A stretch of 47,163 nt of DNA from Salisapilia sapeloensis CBS 127946 (Eukaryota; Protista; Oomycota). Below the pieces are notes generated by a model. That model was not told the DNA's origin, made no database searches, and was given only the letters and a program-made list of their open reading frames with translations. The position numbers were made by a program, and so were the translations under genes. The DNA is taken from positions 1-47,163 of the forward strand of contig JAADVB010000149.1 in NCBI GenBank assembly GCA_023334545.1, written 5' to 3'. Of the stretch, positions 33,831-45,114 are shown in pieces; positions within the stretch are counted from its first letter, which is position 1; each line of letters opens with the position of its first letter.

Positions 33831-36065
33831 ATGAACAACCTCATTCAAGCTGCACGCCGATCAAGTAAGGCTGCGGTGAAATACAATGTCCAGCTTGCGA
33901 TCCATCGGCTGCATGCCTCCCTTGAAGATCTAGGATTTGCTTCAGATGTCGATCCTGAGCTACATGTAGTGGTATCACGTCATAAGAAAAAGGTTATGAC
34001 CAAGGCTGCCGCGATAAAGAATACCGAAACAGTTTGGGGAGAGATCGTTCCACTTTCATGCACGTTATTCATGAACAAGGTAGGAACCATTGAACCCAAA
34101 CAGTTTGAGATCAACATCCAAGACTTTAAGACGGAGAAAATAGTCGCTCGATTTGTTCTTGACATTGCCGAGTATGTTCAGAAAGACTCCAAATGTTCTG
34201 TTACGTTGTCAGCTACCCATGTGAGCAATGTGACACTGTCGCTTACAGTTGTGAGCTCAATCTGTAGTCCAACTGCAGAGCGCTTTAAAAGTAGATACAT
34301 AGCAGGGAGAAGCTTTGAATGGGAGAATGAGTCGAATGGAGATGACAATCGAAGCGAAATATCCGCTGCATCAAGCCGATGCACAACACACTTTCAAAAT
34401 GTCTATGATATTGATTCCTTGGGTGGATCTAAATCGGACGTGATTCGTTCTGCGTCATGCTCAGATGTTGGGCCATCAATTTCACTCGAAGCTTTAGCAG
34501 CTCATCAAAAGAATGCCGAGCTCCAGAAGACTATTTCCAAGTTACAACACCAGCTAGACGAAAGCAACGAGAAAATTTGTGTACTGTCAAACGATATCGA
34601 GAATCTTCAAGCCAGCAATGAGAGCTTGCGTGCCGATAATAGTGACATTCGGGATCAGATGCAAAATCTCACTCGAGATGCTGCTGTCAGTCCGTTATCA
34701 GTCGACGAAAGCAATGATACGAAAAGCATGCTTGGAGATGAAGACAGCGATGATGGTGTAACAGCTCCATCAGAAACGACCATGAATGAACAAGGGTTCG
34801 ACAAAAACAAGTTGGAAGTGGAAAATGAGGTGTTAGCTGATCTCCGAGAACTCTACAAGGATGTTCATGAGGAGACAAAGCAAGAATCGCTAGAGCAGGA
34901 GATGGATTTACAGCTTGAACGACGTGTTCTGCGCTCAGAGTTGGAGGTAGCTCAAAGAGATTTGAAAGAGACACAAAATACTCTGGATGAGCTGGTCCGC
35001 AAGCACTCGACAGTTCTTAATGCTGTGCATGATGCATACGTTAGCATATCTCATTTTAAATATTCTCAAAGCGGTGATTTATTTAGCACACCGAGTACGC
35101 GTGAGGACTGTGTAACTGATGATATACCTACTTCTGGTGAAGATAGTGGCACATTGGCTTTGCAACGCTTACAAAGCATTATTTCTGCCTATACGACGAG
35201 TGCCATTGAAAGAACTCAAAAATTAGAGCAGGTCGATGCTTTGCGCGAAGCATTAGAAGAGACGAGAGGTGAGCTTACGAGTGCTCAGCAATCGATGACA
35301 ATCCTCATCGAAAGCAATGCGAATCTCCAAATGCTTGTAGATAAAAGTGAGCAAGTTCGAAACCAGATAGAGGGTCGTGCTCATAGTGCTGAAGTAGAAG
35401 TAGCTGAACTTCAAAGTCAAATCGAGCAAGCTAGTGGCGAAAAAGAGGAAACTACTCAAGAAATGGAAACTTTGAGGGAGGTGGCTGTGTCAAAAAGTAT
35501 TGCCGAAGCGAATGCTTCTGGTCGATGCGTTGAACTTGAGCTCATCATCCGGAGGCTAGATGCAGAGAAAGAGCAGGCGCATGAACGGGTGGAGGAATTG
35601 GAGCATCAGGTACAAAAGATGAATGATACAGGATGCGAACGGGAACAAGAGCTACGAGACAAAGTGAACGAACTGCTACTTGACATTTGCACTTTACAAA
35701 ACGATTTGAACGACATGACGAAAGTAAAAGAGGAGCTTGAGCAAGAGCTCGTGAAGTGCACTGCGCAGGTGGAACAGTTGTTGGCGGAGAAGTTTGCCAC
35801 AGACAGTGATTGGGTTTTGCAGCAAAAGTACAAGGAGGTGCAGGATGAGCTACAAGACCTTCATCTCTCTTATCAGAGAAACGTGGAAGAGGCTGCTCAA
35901 GCCCAGAACGACATCATCCTAAAACTAGCATCCACATCACTGGAACGAGATGAATATCGTGACGAACTTATTAATTGCAAAGTCGACCTCGCAAATGCTT
36001 TGCAAAGAAGTGATGAGCTAGAATGCGCGAATCGAAATTTACGCGCTCGAGTTGTGCAATCGTAA
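33831..36065 (+). CDS. NT-C2 (EEIG1/EHBP1-type) domain protein with long coiled coil; intronless
   Basis: VKYNVQLAIHRL..VVVSRHKKKVMTK..VWGEIVPLSCTLF..EPKQFEINI..VARFVLDIAEY matches NT-C2, followed by about 500 aa of heptad-rich sequence. ATG at 33831. Confidence 0.85.
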   Translation: MNNLIQAARRSSKAAVKYNVQLAIHRLHASLEDLGFASDVDPELHVVVSRHKKKVMTKAAAIKNTETVWGEIVPLSCTLFMNKVGTIEPKQFEINIQDFKTEKIVARFVLDIAEYVQKDSKCSVTLSATHVSNVTLSLTVVSSICSPTAERFKSRYIAGRSFEWENESNGDDNRSEISAASSRCTTHFQNVYDIDSLGGSKSDVIRSASCSDVGPSISLEALAAHQKNAELQKTISKLQHQLDESNEKICVLSNDIENLQASNESLRADNSDIRDQMQNLTRDAAVSPLSVDESNDTKSMLGDEDSDDGVTAPSETTMNEQGFDKNKLEVENEVLADLRELYKDVHEETKQESLEQEMDLQLERRVLRSELEVAQRDLKETQNTLDELVRKHSTVLNAVHDAYVSISHFKYSQSGDLFSTPSTREDCVTDDIPTSGEDSGTLALQRLQSIISAYTTSAIERTQKLEQVDALREALEETRGELTSAQQSMTILIESNANLQMLVDKSEQVRNQIEGRAHSAEVEVAELQSQIEQASGEKEETTQEMETLREVAVSKSIAEANASGRCVELELIIRRLDAEKEQAHERVEELEHQVQKMNDTGCEREQELRDKVNELLLDICTLQNDLNDMTKVKEELEQELVKCTAQVEQLLAEKFATDSDWVLQQKYKEVQDELQDLHLSYQRNVEEAAQAQNDIILKLASTSLERDEYRDELINCKVDLANALQRSDELECANRNLRARVVQS

Positions 36066-36270
36066 TAGATCCTTTGTCCATCTCCCTCTGACCGTTTCGA
36101 TTCAGTTTTGCTTGCTTTCATGCCAGTTTGCGGTATGTTATCAGATTACGACGGCACAGCAATGGTACCACGTATCGGCTGTACCAGGCGACCAATCATG
36201 TCCACAGAGAAGAAGAAGACCGGAGGGATCAGCGATCAGTACGCGGTGATTTCGGATATTGTTCGATCGA

Positions 36271-39200
36271 ATGGATAGTCGAAGCACGGGAGATGAATTG
36301 CACGGTCCGAATCCGACGGATTCGTCCACTGGCACATTCTCTCGCGCAAATGACCTCTGGGACGAGTCTGACACGCCAGGTAGGTCAGCTGCCGACGAGG
36401 CGCGTCGAATACTGAGCGAGATGCAGGCACTCGATTCTTGGGGATCATCTAACAACGAACAGTATGAGCACCAATTACTCCACCAACTGCGTGAATGTGT
36501 ATTGGAAGAGAGTCGATTGCAGGAACTGGAAGCTCTGCCCAAGCGCATGTGTGCCTACGAATTTAAGCCTGGAGATATCGCTTGGAACTGTAAAGTTTGT
36601 CAGGTATAGTTCACTACGTCTCTCATTATACAAGTGTATCGCCATGGTATACTTGTCTCTATAGAGTCCAGGACGGTGGTACTGATATAAATCATGTTGC
36701 TCTCTAGGTCGATGAGACTTGTGTCATGTGCAACGACTGCTTCATCAGTAGCGACCATGAAGGACATGAAGTCTTCTTCTACTATACACACAGTGGTGGC
36801 TGCTGTGACTGTGGTGACCCGGAAGCTTGGGCGCCTGAAGGCTTTTGTACTCGGCACAAGGTACTATCCGCAATTTCTCTTCGCTCAGTCGCAAGTATCA
36901 ACCTGTAGTATCGTAGGGAGCCCAGGATGTTGATCCGTTGGTTTTCTTCCCACAAGACTTGCTCGTCACAGCTCGAGACTGTCTAAATCAGGTCGTGCCC
37001 ATGGTAGCGTCAGTGCTTCATGAAGCGCGATCGATTCCTGTTATGACCGATGACGATGCGACCTACGCGTCAGAAAGACTAGACGCCGCTGGAATTGGAT
37101 ACCGGTTCTCTGTGATTGCGCATTTTAATGAACTCCAGACATCCCAAGAGTTCGCTTCCACCATTAACACGGCGCATTCGACTATCCAGTATCAGTTGCT
37201 AAAGATCGTAAACGACATGACTGCACACAAACAGAGCGTCGTACGTGCCGATGGCGCTAATGAAGAAGTCACGGAGCTCGTGCAAGCACTTCATAAGAAC
37301 GGGATCATCACTTCCATCGTCTCGACAGGGTACAAGAACAAGATCCCACTTGTCAATTCCTTGCTACACTGGCTAGCAAGTCTTGCGAATCTCTCCGATG
37401 GACTCTGTCGACTCATTTGTGAGGAACTAGTCACTTCTTCTACAGATAAAAACGAAGTAGAGAGTGATGACGGCGGGAGCACACCCATGGAAATCGACAC
37501 AGACCCTTCGGAAGACGCATCACATAATCTACAGGCACTCATTCTCGCTGATGCGTTCTTACCAAAAAGTACAAGCGATTCGCTACACAGTCTCCTCATG
37601 GCTTTGTTAGCAGACCCATGGTTTAAGAAAACATTCGCCGTTGCATTCACCTGGTCATATCAGCAACTCTATCGTGAGTTTGCGTCCGGCTTGGGTAGTT
37701 CTAGTCTTACGATCTTAACGTTTGGTGTTCAATTCTTTAATCGCGCCAGCTTCGTGCGTCTCCTCGTGGATGAACATGAACTCCTCGAAGTGCTCATGAG
37801 CTCTGTCCTAGAGACATTGCGCTGTCGAGCGAAGCGGCTGACGGTTGATCCAAGCGCCACAGACCGCTGCATGGGACTGCTCTTCCAGCCTGGTCATCGC
37901 ACGCACATTTGGGATATCTTTGCACTCGGTGTCGCACGATCTACCTCGTTGTATATGAATGGCGTGGACTTACAAGCACTACGACATGAGGCAGAGAAAT
38001 CAGGACTCCAAGTCCGAAATGCAGATGACCCGTGCTTCTTCCTACGTCTGCCACACGACACGAAGCTACCCGGTCGACATGAACTGGACGTAACGTCACC
38101 AGTCTTTGTCTATCGGAGATACATGTCCGGACTGCTAGATTTGCGGTATGCGCTGCAGATTGACGGAGTCTCAGAAAGCTTTGTGTTAGAGCGTCATGGC
38201 GCACGATTCTCTGAATTCCTCTTGTACTTGACGTATATCCAAGGTGTATGTGCTGAAACGAGGCAGCGTGGACAGCACGTAGAGCTAGAATCGCGTGGAT
38301 GGGTCGTTACGGTCGAGTTCGTTTCCACTGCATCCGACGTGTTCACGTGGATCATTGCGAATGTCTTTAAAGGACTCGAATCGGACGCTACGAGAAACCG
38401 ACTGGAGCAGCTTGTACCGAACATCACACAGCCGATTCTAGACGCACTCTACTTGTGGCTGTCAACGTCCGACAAGTACTTCCCACCGGCGGACTATACC
38501 TTAGGGAGTACAGTGTTGCCGCATCATATCGACACTGCCGTCTCGTGCCACTACCCAGTCCATCGCACTCTGTCTCAATTAGTCCGGACGCTCTGTACGA
38601 CTAGCCATGGCTTTAACCTGCTGTGTACGTTGCTTGGTGGATCCTACGGGTCCAGACAGGATGTTCAGGAACTGTGGACACATCCGAAGCAGACGCCCAT
38701 TGGCTTTTGGCATCGCATTCAGCTCGTGCAACCTGTGCTTCAAGCAATCGTATGGGATGCACAAGTGCATGCTGGACTGTGGGTACGCAACGGCATGTCG
38801 GTCGTCAACCACAGCATGAACTATGGTGAACCTCCTTTCTGCGCTCGATTCCGAGACTTGGATTTGCTACTACTGCAGTTTGGCGTCCAGCTCCTCGGCA
38901 TCGACTGGGTCGTGACTTCCATCTTGCAACAATTCGGCGTCGCGGACTGGCTGCACCCGAACAGCTATTCGTCCGAATCTGAGAATGAAGACAAACAGTC
39001 TTCTGCCATGATGGTCACTGAGTGTCTATCGTTGCTGTCTCAGCTGGCATCCGAATTGCCACCGAAGATCGCCACGGACGACATCCTCAAGAGCATGTAT
39101 CCCTACTTACGTCGTGAAGTCGTGCAGCGACTGTGCGTCGGACCTTGTGCTCACTCAGACTTGTCTAAAATCGTCACCGAGTTCTTCTTAACGCATGAAA

Positions 39201-42200
39201 GCCTCATCGGAAGTAACTTTTCAGGCGAACCAGTCTTGGACCAAGTACTCAAGGAAGTATGCGTCCAATCGTCTGCTTCGGGTGAGCCGAATATGGGCCA
39301 ATCTGTCGACCGTCCGTCCGGAGGGAGGTTCATGTACGTGCTCAAGCCGGAACTTTTCGCCGAGTACAACCCGACATTCATCCACTTGACTCGCAAGCAA
39401 CATGAGCAGGCACATGAAAATTGGTTCCTCCATCGTGTTCGAGCGTCGAAACGTCGTGAACAGAATGAAGAGGACGGAGCACCGAACGCTACGCACTCTT
39501 CTTGGTTAGACTTTCCACTTGTAAACATGTTCTTACCATGCACTGGAGGCTTCCGATCGACTCGGACAGCGATTCTGCATGAAGGAGCGCGACGTGTCGT
39601 GTACGAAGCATGCTCTCGAGCTGTACACGATGCGAACGCTAGTTTATCCGTACTCTCTCGTGCCATCCACTTGTTCACGTTGCAGCTGTATGTCGTAGAA
39701 GAGCTACAGTACATTTCTTCCTGCGAAGAGCAAGATGCAGCTGTGCAGGAAGGCATGGAATTACGAGAAAGCTACCTCCAGTGGCTAACACAAGTTCCGG
39801 ATCAAGGAGCGAGTGTAGTGCAGTTGCTCTTGCGACTCAACCCATGGTCTCCATCCGGTGGCGACAGCCAGACGGTCTTGGATGGAGACCAAAAGCATGA
39901 GATCGGACGAGGAATCGATTGGTTACTGCATCGAGCAGCAAGGTTGAGTCCTGCATGCGACCAGCTCGTCAAGGACTACTGGAGCAACCAACGTGCATCA
40001 GAGGATGACCAGGCGAGGAAGCAGGCTATGCTGAAGCGTAGGAAGGACGCTCAGATGCGTGCTCTGCAGCAGATGCAGCAACGACAGGCGGCGTTTGCAG
40101 CGCAGATGGAGAAGATGGCTGGGGAGGAAGAAGCTCATGAGGAGGAGGATGCAGATCTAGAGGCTACTGCTGAAAAGGTGGAGAGGCAGAGCCAGTCGGA
40201 GGTGGAGGAGGAAGAAGCGGACGTTGACATGCGCGTGGAGGAAGTTGCAGAGCGACCTGAATGCGCCATGTGCCACTCGTTCGAATCATCCGATAGTTTC
40301 ATGTGCTATGTAGGCTTCGCTCAGTGCTCACCCGTTTGCTCTCGTGTAAATGGCGGCAACTCGTTTAGTTCGCCTTTGGATGAGATGCATCGAGGTCAAG
40401 ACGTTCCAGTGTACTTGCGCTTATGCGGTCACTCGGTGCATCAGAGCTGTTGGGAGGCGTACCACGCGTCTCAGTTCCAACGCGCGATTACTGGTGGCCA
40501 TCATCGCTTAGCACTAAATACTGTGGACGTGACCAAGAAAGAGTTCTTGTGCCCTCTTTGTAAGAGTATATCGAATGTCCTTGTACCTAGCGCCACAGAA
40601 GCGTTAGAGGACATCCTTCCGTGCGTACGTCGTAGTGAGAAGAATGTGACGCAAGCGAGTCCGTCAGACATGATGCAATGGCTCACGGATGTCGTAAGGG
40701 TAGATAGTATCGATGATCGAAGTGTCAAGGAACGTGATGGAGAGACCATGGACATGGACGATCTGGAGGAAAAACCTCCAGCAGAACTATCGTCTAGCGC
40801 CGAGACACTGGCTGTTGCTGCTGGTCCTGGTGGAGTCGAAGAGCTCGGCCAGTGGCTCGACTATGGTCTCTCAGCTCTATGTATGTCTATCCACAAGGTT
40901 GCGTGTGGCGCAATGCAAAAGTCACGTCCAGATAGGTATACTTCATCAGCTTCGACAGCGCTGTTCCATACCCTACTGTGCTCCTTCTTAAGTGCGGAGG
41001 ACGGTAGTGGACAGATGCAAGTCAAGCTTGAGCAACAGTTCTTACAGTCCATGCGCTTCCTTCCGATCATGCTACAGCAACAGTCTGGACCTGGAATCAA
41101 AGTGACACCAGCGACGGTCCAACGCGATGTGGCTCATCTACTCTACTTTGGTGGATCCAACCTACTAGATGATGGATCGGTCGTCCTAGAAGACGAAAGA
41201 CCGAGTACACAGACACAGACGCGAAAGCAGAGTCAATGGGGTAAAGTCCGATGGCCGACTCGACCGCTCTTGCTATCGCACATGGGAAGTTTACTCGTCA
41301 AGAGTGTGCTCTTGGCACGTACAGAAGAGGAAGCAGTGTACACAACGAGACTGTTACTACTAGCAAGAGTGGTGCAGACATTGTTGTGGTTTATTCTGAC
41401 AAAGGATAGCGACCATTCGTCTTGTATGGTCGACGAAGCGTCCAACCATGATGAACACATTTCCTACTTTGTATCCTCTTTCTTCTCTGACTCGACGACG
41501 AGGGAGGGAGCAGCGGATGCACTCGACAGTCTCGTGAAAGAAATCGTTCCGACACTATCGGATGCTTATTCCATCAGCCGACTGGATACGTCCAGCAAGA
41601 TGCAGCTACTCAACGTCGTGGCATGTGAAGTAGCACCCATGACACGCATCGCGACCTTCTTGCTCCAACGTTGCCATCCATGTATCGGCAAACGGACGAG
41701 GTCACCAGTAGACTTTATCGTGCGCATGAACCCCGTAGCGATCTCTGCGAACGAGACGAAGCGCATTGGACTCTTACCACTAGATCAACTGTCCCAGTCA
41801 TCCGTCCTTCCACTCCTTCGACGATGGACAGTGCGGTTCAAAAGCGCATATGATGAAATGTCAGATCCTTCTGGAGTCCTTGGACAATGGCTCACGAATA
41901 CAAATGCCGAACGCAACATGTCGTTGACGTTTGCGTCGGTGCTACACCGAGACTTGCACACTGCTCAAGTCGGTCTGTCGATGGTTTTATCTGCAACCGA
42001 ACGCACTCGGTACCTCCGGTCACTCCCACGACCGTATGTCAAGTTCTACGCGGACTTGGCCAAGCGAAAGTGTGAGGCATGTGGTCAGTTCCCATCTCGA
42101 CCGGCCGTGTGTCTGCTATGCGGACAGCTCCTGTGCGCAGCAAACACTTGTCCGTCCGTCCAGCAAGATAAAACGTATCCGGAGGAATCCAACCCAGGCG

Positions 42201-42499
42201 CATGCACCGTCCACGCTCGAAAATGTGGTCGTGGCTCCGGTCTCTTCCTCTTAGTGCTGGAAGGAGCTGTCTTACTAGTGTATTGGAAGTTAGCAGCCTA
42301 CGTCGGCAGTCTGTACGTAGATGAGTACGGCGAGGAATTTGGCGAGCGCAATCGCGAGTTGAACAAAGGCCGACCGTTGTACCTTCACGAAGATCGACGA
42401 AGGCAACTCTTACGTCTCTGGCGTCGACATGGTATCCCGAATGAAGTCGTCAAGATCCAAAATAGCTCCGAACGGGTCATCCGGAATAGCCACTACTAA
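36271..42499 (+). CDS. UBR1: UBR1/PRT6-like N-recognin E3 ubiquitin ligase, 3 exons
   Basis: Exons 36271-36603, 36708-36860, 36917-42499. UBR box CAYEFKPGDIAWNCKVCQ|VDETCVMCNDCF..HEGH..GGCCDCGDPEAW..FCTRH; RING CAMC..CGHSVHQSC..FLCPLCKS; C-terminal CLLCGQLLC..HARKCG..GLFL..SLYVDEYGE. Confidence 0.93.
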
Positions 42500-42653
42500 T
42501 CTGGAATGTCAGGAATGAATTACCAAATGATCTTTTTCTCGTGACTAGTATTGGTTGAAAATGTTATGGATTATTACCAATCAAAAGCAACCAGGAAGCG
42601 TAAATGAGCGGCTCTAAAGCACTTCAGACTCGATTCTATCTAGCGAATCCAAT

Positions 42654-43610
42654 ATGTTAGCAAGGAGTGCACCCGCTGTGAAGGCTCTGCGAACGCAGGG
42701 TACCCGCGCCATGTCTGCGTCGGCCAATGTGTGGATTAACAAAGACACCAAAGTGATTTGCCAAGGATTTACCGGAAAGCAAGGTACTTTCCACTCGCAG
42801 CAGGCGATCGAATACGGCACCAACATGGTCGGTGGTGTGACCCCGAAGAAGGGCGGATCGACCCACCTTGGCCTCCCAGTCTTCAACACAGTCGAAGAGG
42901 CCAAGAAAGAGACCGACGCCGATGCCTCGGTCATCTACGTTCCGCCTCCGTTCTGCGCTGATGGTATTATCGAAGCCATCAAGGCCGAGATCCCCCTTGT
43001 TGTGGCCATCACCGAAGGTATTCCGCAGCAGGACATGGTCCGTGTCAAGTGGCACTTGCGTCAGCAGAACATCACGCGACTCATCGGACCGAACTGCCCC
43101 GGTATCATTAAGCCGAACGAGTGCAAGATGGGCATCATGCCAGGCTACATCCACACTCCTGGTAAGATCGGTATCGTCTCTCGATCTGGTACCTTGACGT
43201 ACGAGGCTGTTGCCCAGACGACCGAGGTCGGACTTGGCCAGTCGACTGTCATCGGTATCGGTGGAGACCCGTTTAACGGCACCAACTTCATCGACTGTCT
43301 CGAACGATTCACGAACGACCCGGAGACAGAAGGTATCATCATGATCGGTGAGATCGGTGGCACGGCGGAAGAGATGGCTGCCGAGTGGTTGCAAGAGCAC
43401 GGTGACCCGAACAAGCCTGTTGTCAGCTTCATCGCCGGCACGACGGCGCCTCCTGGCCGCCGAATGGGTCACGCCGGAGCCATCGTTTCGGGCGGCAAGG
43501 GCACTGCGCAGGGCAAGTTTGAAGCGTTGGAGGCTGCTGGTGTCACGGTGACGCGATCTCCGGCCAGACTTGGTACGACGATTCTGGAAGAGATGGCCAA
43601 GCGCGCTTAA
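42654..43610 (+). CDS. SUCLG1: Succinyl-CoA ligase alpha subunit, mitochondrial; intronless
   Basis: [52 protein letters not shown] (catalytic His). Confidence 0.98.
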   Translation: MLARSAPAVKALRTQGTRAMSASANVWINKDTKVICQGFTGKQGTFHSQQAIEYGTNMVGGVTPKKGGSTHLGLPVFNTVEEAKKETDADASVIYVPPPFCADGIIEAIKAEIPLVVAITEGIPQQDMVRVKWHLRQQNITRLIGPNCPGIIKPNECKMGIMPGYIHTPGKIGIVSRSGTLTYEAVAQTTEVGLGQSTVIGIGGDPFNGTNFIDCLERFTNDPETEGIIMIGEIGGTAEEMAAEWLQEHGDPNKPVVSFIAGTTAPPGRRMGHAGAIVSGGKGTAQGKFEALEAAGVTVTRSPARLGTTILEEMAKRA

Positions 43611-43669
43611 GAAAGTAGGTCGCTCGTGAGATCAATAAAAAGAGATGAAAAAAGCTTTTTTCCTGTTTC

Positions 43670-43998
43670 TTAGAGCCGAATGTTATCGTATTTCCAACGG
43701 TCTTTCTGGAGCTCGGCGGATTTCTGACGTAGCGATGCGAGAGTAGCTTGATACGATTCTAGTCACCACTTTAGTTTGTATGAAATAGGTAGAATCTAGC
43801 AGTGTCATACCGGTTTGAACGTTGGCAGCAGCTTCTTCCATCGCAGCACGTTCGCGGTGGAAGTCATAGATTTGCTCATACTCTAGGCATCTCATAAGAT
43901 GGATTATGTTATCCTTAATAAACGTCTAAACTACTTCGATCATTCAATGCTGCGCCGCGAGCTGGCGCAAGCCCCGTCAAACTCCGTCGCTCTGCCAT
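43670..43998 (-). CDS. 74-aa three-exon microprotein, possibly APC16-like
   Basis: Exons 43998-43935, 43882-43811, 43758-43670; two 52-nt GT..TAG introns, both phase 1, give a stop-free frame: MAERRSLTGLAPARGAALNDRKYEQIYDFHRERAAMEEAAANVQTESYQATLASLRQKSAELQKDRWKYDNIRL. The gene model is well supported; the family call is tentative. Confidence 0.72.
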
Positions 43999-44086
43999 GA
44001 TAAAAAACGAATTTCAAAAGTTATTTGGACTTTATACAAATGTTTCGTCACAGATTTATCCGGAAGCGACCGGAAACCGACACGAC
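43999..44086. promoter_or_regulatory. Putative 88-bp bidirectional promoter between the microprotein and the CENP-B-like gene
   Basis: Lies between minus-strand ATG 43998 and plus-strand ATG 44087. It has an AT-rich half and the tandem CCGGAAGCGACCGGAAACC. Confidence 0.4.
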
Positions 44087-44965
44087 ATGGAGACAAGTGC
44101 CGACGATGAGACTGCCAAGCCTCGAGAGGAGCCATCCGAGGTTTCGACACCACGTCAGAATAAGCGCAAGCGGGTTGTTCTGAGTATTCAGCACAAGCAA
44201 CAGGTGCTGCAACGGTTAGATCAAGGAGAGACGCCACTAAGTCTCGCGAAAGAGTACAATATTAGTCGCCAGCAAGTGTCCGACTTGAAAAAGAATCGGG
44301 AACGCATCTTTCAGTTCTGTTTAGAAGCCCAGCACCCGTCTACACTACAAAGAAAGACGATCCAGTCGTCTTATAGCCCCCATCCAGCCATTGAGCACCA
44401 CGTTTATCAATGGCTCATCCTTCAACGCACCCTTGCGAACGAGGTCACGGGCCAAACACTGGCAGACAAAGTCACTGAAATTTTCTTACAGTTTGCAGAT
44501 GACCAAGCTAAAGTCACGTCGAATCGAGTGGCCGATTGGGTACGCAAGTTTCGACTGGCACACAATATCCGGTCGTTGGCAACAGAAGACCTACAACATT
44601 TACCAGTAGATTTCACGTCGGTCATGGAACCAAAAGGTCTTTTGGACCACAGGATGTATGAAGGCGAGCCTGCTACAGACTTATCGAAGTCAGTCGACAT
44701 AGCGTCCAATTTAATGCCTGCTTCCAACTCTTTCTTCGATTCTTTGGCTGAAAATACGAGCGACTGTGTGGAAGGATCGAGTGACAGGACTGGGAAGATG
44801 AAAGTGATACCCAAGGGTCATTTGATACAAGAGAGAATCTTGTCTACTCTAGACCACTTCATCCAAAACTTCCATGAGGAAACAGAGGCTCGATTTTCGA
44901 CACTTGAAACGAGACTGGCTCAACTACAGAGAGCGATTGAAGAAAGAGAATGTACTCGTGTATGA
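44087..44965 (+). CDS. CENP-B/pogo-type double-HTH protein lacking the DDE domain (probable domesticated transposase)
   Basis: RKRVVLSIQHKQQVLQRLDQGETPLSLAKEYNISRQQVSDLKKNRERI (CENP-B N-terminal HTH) and HPAIEHHVYQWLILQR..VTGQTLADKVTEI..DWVRKFRLAHNIR (Tc5-type HTH), then a disordered linker and a coiled coil. Start placed at 44087; the track start 43997 overlaps the opposite gene's ATG. Confidence 0.82.
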   Translation: METSADDETAKPREEPSEVSTPRQNKRKRVVLSIQHKQQVLQRLDQGETPLSLAKEYNISRQQVSDLKKNRERIFQFCLEAQHPSTLQRKTIQSSYSPHPAIEHHVYQWLILQRTLANEVTGQTLADKVTEIFLQFADDQAKVTSNRVADWVRKFRLAHNIRSLATEDLQHLPVDFTSVMEPKGLLDHRMYEGEPATDLSKSVDIASNLMPASNSFFDSLAENTSDCVEGSSDRTGKMKVIPKGHLIQERILSTLDHFIQNFHEETEARFSTLETRLAQLQRAIEERECTRV

Positions 44966-45114
44966 TCGAATGTGATGTGACCGTTTAATCCATTCATGTT
45001 CATGTATTCTTTCTAAAACCAGACTTTTGTTCATGCATACTCTAGCTTGCACTACTTTCATTTGCAATCTCTAGCAAGCGGTAACAAAGTCGTATGCATC
45101 TAGAAGCCATCGCA

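Noticed and set aside
43997-44965. Active pogo transposon
   Set aside because: No DDE domain, no visible terminal inverted repeats, and no room between flanking host genes.
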